Below are positions 55,830 to 64,000 of a DNA stretch of 64,000 nucleotides, one piece after another; within the stretch, counting starts at the first letter, position 1, and each line of letters opens with the position of its first letter. This DNA is from Paramoeba atlantica (taxonomy: Eukaryota; Protista; Discosea), in NCBI GenBank assembly GCA_977017575.1, contig CDRNVI010000011.1, positions 248,001 to 312,000 of the forward strand, read 5' to 3'. The notes beneath the pieces are model-generated. The model did no database searches. It saw only the letters and a list, made by a program, of their open reading frames with translations, and was not told the DNA's origin. A program made the position numbers and the translations under genes.

Positions 55830-57437
55830 TCATAATTTTTTTTCTCTTTTTCCAAAGTAAGCTCTCTTAAAATCGACCGCGTCACAAATGGCTGGAAAAA
55901 TTGCTGCAACAAAAAGTAAGAATCGAGAAGCGTCGGTACTGTCACGAACATCCACACCAGCTTCCATGAGAAGAGTATTCATGTCAGAATAAATAGTTTC
56001 CTCATTCTCCGGAAGTAGGGAAAAACTTTGGATCTGCTGTGTTACATGTGAACTCAATTGATCGCTTCGGAAGATGGCGAGTGCTAGTCGTTGACATGCA
56101 TCACGTAGAATAAATTTAGCGCCGAAACCGACCCCGGAAAGTGCAGATGATGTGAGCATGGCAATCTCCTCAAAGAATGGCGTTGAATTGGTTGAGGTTG
56201 ATCGGATACTAAAAGATACGTCTTCGATGTAACCAGAACGAACGTGAAAAGATGTTTTTTCTATCCCACGATTATGTAATATCTTCTGCCAAAGAGAGTC
56301 TTCCCTTTGACCCTTCAAATTCAGTTTACTACATAAGGAAACTTGGAACACAGCTCCTGCACCCCGAATCCATTCCCAAGAGCCCAACTCTTTTATTCGA
56401 TGGTGTATATCAGCGCATGAATGTTCCCCAGAATCCACTTTTTGAATTTCTCCTTGTACATTCTGTGTCTTGCAATTTGTTTTAAGTGCTGTGAAAAGGT
56501 TCTTCCCTGGAGCAACATGGTCGTATACATCATAGGCGCAGTAACTTCCATTCGACCCGTATTCCGTCCAAAAGGCTTCCTGTACGAGTTCACTGGTCAA
56601 GAGAAAGAGATCGGAGTGGGGCGTGCAGTCTAAAGAATTCCCAGAAGCCTGAACCAGATTGGTGACTGAGCTTCGGACAGAGGGAGATCCCTTGGACTGC
56701 ACCTCACAAGAGGACTGATTTTGAAAGAGGGGCCGTAGGGATTCACTAACTTTTGCGAGGTCCGAGTGTACAAGGATGGTTCCGTGATGATAGGCCGCTC
56801 TGTGTACAATGCGCATAGCACTACCAGTAATTTTCTTTCCCGCAACAAATAAATCGCTTCGTGGCGTGCTCGTTATATCAAGGCTTGACTCGCTCTTTCC
56901 GTTTTGTTTCAATTGTGTGTAAATTAACTTTTCAACTGCTTGGCGTACGACACCAAGGCTTCTCGCAGGATTGTATTTAGATCGAGAGGTAATAATACTA
57001 AAGCAAAGACACCCGGAATCGTGATACACACAACCACCACCGCTAATACGACGCAACACAAGTGGACTTGTACTGGCGCCATCGTTAAAATGCATTTCTT
57101 CTGGGTGCAAATGTCTTGTTTCCATCCAGGAAACCTGATTTCGACCCATGACAACGCACGGGTATCTACTGCGGTAGAGAAACAGAATAGATCCCAAAGA
57201 ATCTACTCTAGGGTTGGTGTCGCAAACTCCGTAGACTGTCGGAAACAGCCGGAGCAACTGCTCTTCAAGAGCGAAATGAACGGTCGGATGCAGTCCTTGG
57301 CAATCGTCCTTGACGTAGGCTGTGTCCAGGCATCGAAGAACACAATTACGCCCACTGGCTATGTGATGAGAGACATCGGCAAGGCAAGCCTCTAAATTTT
57401 GAGCTAATCCAGCGCTACTTAATGCAACAATTGTCAT
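55830..57437 (-). CDS. LIPT1: lipoate-protein ligase A / lipoyltransferase
   Basis: VVMGRNQ, RRISGGGCVYHD, KKITGSA, YHHGTIL. Confidence 0.9.
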   Translation of the reverse strand: MTIVALSSAGLAQNLEACLADVSHHIASGRNCVLRCLDTAYVKDDCQGLHPTVHFALEEQLLRLFPTVYGVCDTNPRVDSLGSILFLYRSRYPCVVMGRNQVSWMETRHLHPEEMHFNDGASTSPLVLRRISGGGCVYHDSGCLCFSIITSRSKYNPARSLGVVRQAVEKLIYTQLKQNGKSESSLDITSTPRSDLFVAGKKITGSAMRIVHRAAYHHGTILVHSDLAKVSESLRPLFQNQSSCEVQSKGSPSVRSSVTNLVQASGNSLDCTPHSDLFLLTSELVQEAFWTEYGSNGSYCAYDVYDHVAPGKNLFTALKTNCKTQNVQGEIQKVDSGEHSCADIHHRIKELGSWEWIRGAGAVFQVSLCSKLNLKGQREDSLWQKILHNRGIEKTSFHVRSGYIEDVSFSIRSTSTNSTPFFEEIAMLTSSALSGVGFGAKFILRDACQRLALAIFRSDQLSSHVTQQIQSFSLLPENEETIYSDMNTLLMEAGVDVRDSTDASRFLLFVAAIFPAICDAVDFKRAYFGKREKKL

Positions 57438-57666
57438 ACATAGTTGTATGTTAAAAAATCATTGATCTATCAATTTTACAGAATCTGTAAACATTTTACA
57501 GAATCTCTCAGATGTAATTTTTTTTAAATGTATTAAAAAATATAAAAAATTAAGTTCACGTAGTTGCCAACAAGAGCAAAAAAATAAAATAAATAAACCA
57601 TTGAAAACGGGATGTTTATATTAAACATTGTTTATTAACATATTATAAACTTTGTAATTATACATA

Positions 57667-58410
57667 CAGGGGTGAAAACTTCCATCTGGGGGGGTCTAAA
57701 ATTTGCAAAACTTTTTCAATTTCGGAAAATAATACCGCATTCGAGAGCTTTCGCAGAGTTGCATGTCTTTGCACTGGTAGCTTTTGACGTATCAAATTAG
57801 AACTCCAAATACCGAATAGGCCAAAAAAGCAAATTATCACTTAAGGAATAATAAAAAATCTCAGATATTTTTAGGAAACATTATTTTAAAACCACTGTCG
57901 CATCCACAATATGCACCCTTCTTTTCTACGATGATTCTACAACGTTTTCTGAAGTTTTTAAACTTATTATCAAACTAATCTTTGTCTTTTGCCTGAAGTT
58001 TATCGTAAAAAACACGAATCATTCCACCCAGAGTTTCACAGTTCCCTAGTGAACCCAAACACTTTGGTAAGTCCGGGAATAAGACTGTGTTTTCTCGAAG
58101 TCGGCCACAAGCAGTAATCTTTGGTGTTCTTTAATCTTCCCTGGCAAGCATAAGAACGGGCGTTCGAAACACCATGAGAATTCCTTGAGCGAACTCGCTT
58201 TTGGGGCGTAAAATGGGGCAAAAATGAAAAATTGCCATATTTTCACAAGGAAAAAAACATGTTTTTTTCTCATCGGGTTAAATCTTTCAAGCCGAGCGTT
58301 CCGAATACGCCAAAGACATACAACTCTGCGAGACCTCCCCAATGCGCTATTATTTTCCAAAATTGGACAATTTTTACAAAATTTAGACCCTCCCCAGATG
58401 GAAGTTTTCA
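57667..58410. mobile_element. Tc1-type non-autonomous element related to the 45075-45338 MITE
   Basis: TA|CAGGGGTGAAAACTTCCATCTGGGGGGGTCTAAA left end; right arm truncated and followed by three 20-bp TTCAGAACAATCCGGC repeats. Confidence 0.7.
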
Positions 58411-58814
58411 GAACAATCCGGCGAATTTCAGAACAATCCGGCCCTTTCAGAACAATCCGGCGAATAGTTCTTATGTGACTAGGAAAGTGCAAGAGACGTT
58501 GTGAAGAAGATGCTCAGTATTGCAACATTGAACGTGACCACTTCAAAGCCGAAGAAGAGAGAGAGAAGAAAAGTAGTTTTTTAAGGACGCAGCTAATCAA
58601 CGACGATACGGCTTGCATAAATTATGGGATGATTTTTCATAGTCGTTGCGCACAGACATACGCAGTAGTACACATGAGGGGCTGCGGGTCGCGAGGTTTC
58701 ACCGAGGTTTCGCATGCACAATAATTTTGTAGGGGTGATCACCGGAAAATATTGATTATCTATGCCTTATTTTAGCGAAGTGTTCTTTTGATTTATGTAC
58801 ACATCCATGTATAC

Positions 58815-58920
58815 TGTACCCCAGTTATCAGTCACCCCTCCCCGCCCCCTATTTATCAGCCACTATTTGGCACTTCGTTTTTTTTTCGTCGACCACCCCC
58901 CCTAGTTATCTGTCACATTT
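58815..58920 (+). mobile_element. pogo-like terminus (partner end not seen)
   Basis: TA|CTGTACCCCAGTTATCAGTCAC with internal repeats TTATCAGCCAC / TTATCTGTCAC. Confidence 0.45.
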
Positions 58921-59776
58921 TAAAAATAGTAATTTTAAAAATCCAGGCATAAAGGGGCGAGGGAGATACCAAGCAACAGACACACCCTGGAGTAAGTGGC
59001 TTGAAAGTTACAATAGCCCACTTACAAGGTTGTAAGTTACAATTTTAACTTACAGCCTTGTAAGTAAATTTCAGGACATGTAAGTAAGAAATAATTCCTT
59101 AACATTTAGCAAATTGGGTAAATTGGTGGCGCATTCAAGAGCAACGAAAGGCATGTTCACATAAAATGGGGCAATGATGATGGATATGACACCTATTTTC
59201 AATATTCAGGACAAAACAAGAAGACGCATATGTCTTTGTGTAAGACGTTAGTAAGCACAAGTAAGCAAGTTAGTGAAGTAGTATGTGAATTAATGCAACG
59301 GCTATCCTTTTTCATTCGTTTATGTACTCGCTGGTTGCCTGGCTAAGTTAAAGGAGTGCTCTGTTCGATCATGCAGGAAGTGATTTCAATAATAATGTAA
59401 CGGTCTAGTAAAAGTATATAAAGATATATTGTAAAAAACAACGTCGTGCGATCGCTTTTCTTTCATGGTACACGTATTTTAAGATAAAAAACGTGAATTC
59501 GAATACCTAGAGAGGGTTTACGTAACACTAAGTAAAACCACAGAAAAACTTAGATACGACGTATAAAAAACGTTGCTGTGGACGGGAAAAGCTCGGGAAG
59601 GTGAGGTGCGCTATACCCCAACACTGTCGTAGAATGCCCCTGACCTCCGGCCACGTTCGTGTCCGCCAAAATATATTGCAATAACAATCTTGAAAAGAGA
59701 TATCATGCTGTATTCGGAACAGAACAATAATCGCATAGTATTTAATTTAAGGACTTATTCCTCGACGTCAAAGTCT

Positions 59777-60687
59777 TTATATATCCCCCACAAAAAACTT
59801 AGTAAGGTTTCCTCTGATGAACATTTGGGTAGCAATCATGTCGGAATCTAAGCATGACTGTCTGGGGTCATACTTCCACCCCATTATGGATAAAAGAGAA
59901 CCGCAAGCAGTTACAATGGGAGGCACCAAGTAGTGTCTAGCTGCTTCGTATATAGCAGGGAACTTATCGCAACCAAGTCTCCGACCATTTCCACGCAGTG
60001 GTATGTTGCTCAGGGTGCCACTCATAATTTTGGCATGTTATGTAGTCTGACCACTCCCCGGCGCTGATTCGAAATAAGGGCTCACCGCTATGGAAAAGAT
60101 CGTTTGCTTCGTTTGGAAAAGATCGTTTGGACAACCTGATTGTCCGAGGTATGTTCGTTAACTTGATCATCCAGTGCCGTACATCTGTTCTTATGTTGGG
60201 TATATGTTTGAATACACTTGCTGTGAAATATGGTAAAACACAGGTTGCACACTGCGTGACGCCTCTGATTCGCAGGGTCTTTTAAATATGTGCCGGCTTC
60301 GGATCTACGATCCAATTCCTTTTTACATGATTTTGATTTAACGTCATCGGTAAACGAGCAAAGCTCATAGGAGAAAAAATTGTGCAGCTTCCCATGTTTT
60401 AGAGGGTCTTTCACGTTTCCGATGTGTGTTTTAGACTTCGTAGTGTTCCTGGTTGGGGTGAGCTCCGAGGACAGTGCAGCTTGAGACCGCGACTCAAGCA
60501 ACGAGCCGGAGAGATCCTGAGAAATTAGTCTCCGCGCCTGAGAAGCACTTGGTGTTGCCGGTGACGCTTTTGAATTTGCCATTTCCTGCGATTCAGTTTG
60601 GTTGTCGGACGACCGCTTAGTTCTGGAACGTGTACTTGCCTTGCCTGGGCTCATAAGGATAAGGTATAACAGTTGAAGACTTGACAA
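59777..60687 (-). pseudogene. internally deleted hAT transposase (BED-like Zn finger plus dimerisation domain)
   Basis: AVCNLC..H..C; KFPAIYEAARHYLVPP..LSIMG..RQSCLDSDMIATQMFIRGN matches the hAT dimerisation pattern. Confidence 0.65.
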
Positions 60688-60955
60688 AAAACTAGTTTAT
60701 TGCAATAGCATCTTTGAATCAGGGTTCGCAGAAACTATAATATAGTAAAATATAGTTTTTTTCATTGAATATAGTTACTATATAGTACTATATTTACTAT
60801 ATTTTACTATAAAACTATAAGAAAACTATAAAGTTTTTTTCACTTTACAAGTGATATTTTTTGAGTCCTCTCCGCTTGTGAAGGACATACACACGCCTCT
60901 ACATGCGTTCTTACACGCTTACATACGTATGATATGACAAGAAATTCTGAAAAAA

Positions 60956-61132
60956 ATGTAACCCAAGCTAAAGTGGACGAGGAAGGTTCTAAAAGCACAT
61001 TTAAACCACCATAAAAATGGAAGGGTATGTCCCTTAAAGATTCCTTTACAAACCGGGAGATATCATTCTATTTTTGTGGTGGTTTAAAGGTGCTTTTAGA
61101 ACCTCCCTCGTCCACTTTATCCTGGGTTACAT
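60956..61132. mobile_element. fold-back MITE (AAGTGGACGAGG family)
   Basis: ~62-bp inverted arms. Confidence 0.75.
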
Positions 61133-62040
61133 AGCTATCGAAACATGCTCCCTCTTCCCCGCGATTCCATCACCGCCGAAAAATATCATCAACTAGTGTG
61201 TCATCTCCTCGGAAATGGCAATGAAACGCATGCGAAAGGAGTGACGATAGGAAGTACAAACTCTCCACTCGACAACACACCGCGTAATTTATTCAGACTC
61301 ATATGATTGTATTTATTCCTTCATATGATTGTATTTATTCAAACTCATAGAATTGTGAGCAGCAGTTATTCAGTCCCAAGACATAACGTCGGTGGCTCCA
61401 GCCAAAGCGCGGCGACAGCGATGCAGTGAGAAGATGTTCGGGACGCAAGATTCGCACAAGGCAATCTGTCAAGGCCACGCGATGGGACTGGGGTACGTCC
61501 CCTCCTGACACAAGTTACGTTCAACCGCTTGTTTACTTCCCTCCGTGTACAGCAGTTCAATAAAATAATCTTTGCAGAAACTACCCCTCGTAACTTTAAT
61601 TTCGGGCATCAATTTTCGGGTTTAAAAATAAGAAAAATCGTACACAAATGAATTCGCCGTGTATTTATGGCGTGTTGGTGAGCTTCGGAGTGCCTAAAAT
61701 GTGAAACAAAAAAATATAGTTTTTTATAGTTTTCGAAAAAAGTTTATAGTAACTACAGTCAGCAAAAAAACCGTTCGAATGTTTCGGTTTTTTTTTCTTT
61801 TGTATAGAGCTATTGATTAAATATCACCGTTGCGCTGATAATGTGTGCTAGTAGTGTAGGCATGAGTGTCACCTAATAGTACCCGTAGATAGTTCACCTC
61901 AGTTCGTTCTACCAAAGAAATAAGAATGAATATAAAAAAGTTTAGCATTCGAAAGGTTTTTTTGCTACCTATTATAGAGAAAATCTTGTCCCAAAAAATA
62001 GATGAAACGTAATCGCCCAAGAGAGATTATGCCCCTAAAA

Positions 62041-63051
62041 TTAGTATTTAGTATTCCCCCCACGAGCCTTCAGCACTGCCTTCATACGGGCAGGCATACT
62101 GTCCACCTGGGCACGACATACTGAGGGTGGTATGTTCGCCCATTCCATTTTTACCCTCTCCCACAACTCTCGGACCCCGCTTGGTGGATCATCGTGCGCT
62201 GCAAGGCGCCGCTTGAGTTCCCCCCAAACGTTTTCGATTGGATTTAAGTCAGGGGACTGCGGGGGCCACCGCATGACTTCAAACCCGGTACCCCGGAGGT
62301 GCCGTTGCGCACAATGGCTTGTGTGCTTGGGGTCATTATCTTGTTGGAAGATGACCATTGGGGGGTCTAGACCCATAGTTTCGATGGAGGGGGCAAGATT
62401 CTCTTCAAGAATCTCGACGTACTGTGTGGCGTTCAGGTTCCCTTGAACTAGACGCACATGCCCCACACCGCTTCGGGACATGCACGCCCAAATCATGATG
62501 TGCCCCCCTCCGTACTTTACCGTGGGAATTACCCCTTTTTCACCCAGTTCCTCCCCCGGGGTCCCCCATGTCCAAAGACTTCCCCCCGTTTCAAAGCGCG
62601 AGATCTTCGTCTCGTCCGACCATACAACTGGAGCCCAGTCGTGCACTGTCCAGTGCTCATGGGCCGTGGCAAAGTCCATCCGAAGCTTGCGATGGCGCTT
62701 GGACAGGTAGGGCTTGCGGACACGCTTTCTACCTTTGTGTCCGAAGCGGTGCATCGAAACTCGGATAGACTGAGGAACAACATCAGCAACGCCCTCGCGG
62801 CGCAGCTGAGATGATACCTCTCGCGCAGAATTTCCGGAGAACACAAGTCGTCGCACACGGCGTGTGCACGGCTCGGAAAGCTTTCGAGGGCGTCCACCCT
62901 GCATCCTGAGAGTATCAGGCCTTTCTTTTTTTAAGATCATAGAAATTGTTGAGATACTTAAATTTACAGTATCAGAGATGGACCTCATAGACACACCGCT
63001 GTCGTAGAGCTCTGCAATTTGTTTCTTTACGTAACGTGGTGTGGGCCTCAT
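62041..63051 (-). CDS. intact Tc1 DD34E transposase (336 aa)
   Basis: GGRPRKLS, VWSDETK, FQQDNDPKH, SPDLNPIEN with 34 residues between D and E; ends GGNTKY. Confidence 0.95.
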   Translation of the reverse strand: MRPTPRYVKKQIAELYDSGVSMRSISDTVNLSISTISMILKKERPDTLRMQGGRPRKLSEPCTRRVRRLVFSGNSAREVSSQLRREGVADVVPQSIRVSMHRFGHKGRKRVRKPYLSKRHRKLRMDFATAHEHWTVHDWAPVVWSDETKISRFETGGSLWTWGTPGEELGEKGVIPTVKYGGGHIMIWACMSRSGVGHVRLVQGNLNATQYVEILEENLAPSIETMGLDPPMVIFQQDNDPKHTSHCAQRHLRGTGFEVMRWPPQSPDLNPIENVWGELKRRLAAHDDPPSGVRELWERVKMEWANIPPSVCRAQVDSMPARMKAVLKARGGNTKY

Positions 63052-63148
63052 AGAAAATAAGAATTTTAGGTAAGAAGAATTTTAGGTTATAGAGTTTATC
63101 TTACACTATTACATTGTTTATCTTACACTGTTACATTTTGCACTCTAT

Positions 63149-64000
63149 ATGAGGCCCACACCACGTTACGTAAAGAAACAAATTGCAGAGCTCTACGACA
63201 GCGGTGTGTCTATGAGGTCCATCTCTGATACTGTAAATTTAAGTATCTCAACAATTTCTATGATCTTAAAAAAAGAAAGGCCTGATACTCTCAGGATGCA
63301 GGGTGGACGCCCTCGAAAGCTTTCCGAGCCGTGCACACGCCGTGTGCGACGACTTGTGTTCTCCGGAAATTCTGCGCGAGAGGTATCATCTCAGCTGCGC
63401 CGCGAGGGCGTTGCTGATGTTGTTCCTCAGTCTATCCGAGTTTCGATGCACCGCTTCGGACACAAAGGTAGAAAGCGTGTCCGCAAGCCCTACCTGTCCA
63501 AGCGCCATCGCAAGCTTCGGATGGACTTTGCCACGGCCCATGAGCACTGGACAGTGCACGACTGGGCTCCAGTTGTATGGTCGGACGAGACGAAGATCTC
63601 GCGCTTTGAAACGGGGGGAAGTCTTTGGACATGGGGGACCCCGGGGGAGGAACTGGGTGAAAAAGGGGTAATTCCCACGGTAAAGTACGGAGGGGGGCAC
63701 ATCATGATTTGGGCGTGCATGTCCCGAAGCGGTGTGGGGCATGTGCGTCTAGTTCAAGGGAACCTGAACGCCACACAGTACGTCGAGATTCTTGAAGAGA
63801 ATCTTGCCCCCTCCATCGAAACTATGGGTCTAGACCCCCCAATGGTCATCTTCCAACAAGATAATGACCCCAAGCACACAAGCCATTGTGCGCAACGGCA
63901 CCTCCGGGGTACCGGGTTTGAAGTCATGCGGTGGCCCCCGCAGTCCCCTGACTTAAATCCAATCGAAAACGTTTGGGGGGAACTCAAGCGGCGCCTTGCA
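63149..64000 (+). CDS. second Tc1 transposase copy, truncated by the window end
   Basis: Reverse complement of 63051 leftwards; the overlapping spurious ORFs in the track are identical in both arms. Confidence 0.9.
   Translation, partial: MRPTPRYVKKQIAELYDSGVSMRSISDTVNLSISTISMILKKERPDTLRMQGGRPRKLSEPCTRRVRRLVFSGNSAREVSSQLRREGVADVVPQSIRVSMHRFGHKGRKRVRKPYLSKRHRKLRMDFATAHEHWTVHDWAPVVWSDETKISRFETGGSLWTWGTPGEELGEKGVIPTVKYGGGHIMIWACMSRSGVGHVRLVQGNLNATQYVEILEENLAPSIETMGLDPPMVIFQQDNDPKHTSHCAQRHLRGTGFEVMRWPPQSPDLNPIENVWGELKRRLA

Larger units (their letters stand above)
61756..64000. mobile_element. Tc1 element with two head-to-head transposase copies; right end beyond the window
   Basis: TA|CAGTCAGCAAAAAAA terminus at 61756; arms mirror around a 97-nt spacer (63052-63148). 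Confidence 0.8.

Overview
Eukaryotic, intronless DNA from a kinetoplastid. This is supported by co-oriented gene clusters, kinetoplastid-type RPL18a and mitochondrial IF3, and fragments of a spliced-leader (SL) RNA; a Perkinsela-like identity is only an inference. A + strand cluster (NAA35, PSMA4, alpha-SNAP, LRR; 6.3-14.6 kb) and a - strand cluster (PGP, Myb-repeat, mt-IF3, kinesin, RPL18a, lipoate ligase; 45.6-57.4 kb) converge on a ~30-kb island of nested mobile elements. The island holds RTE-like APE-RT-RNaseH LINEs with microsatellite tails, CRE/SLACS-like RT relics, pogo transposons, MITEs and two tRNA-headed SINE families with clear target-site duplications (TSDs). The most striking signal is SL-RNA sequence built into retroposed elements: an SL-headed non-autonomous element with an 11-bp TSD, and an SL exon+intron fragment fused to a SINE inside a 15-bp TSD. 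Other highlights are a TA-flanked TIR element carrying HTH and Ulp1-like protease ORFs joined by a TAATG overlap, and two identical head-to-head Tc1 transposase copies at the window end. All assignments are by eye from motifs; no database searches were run.
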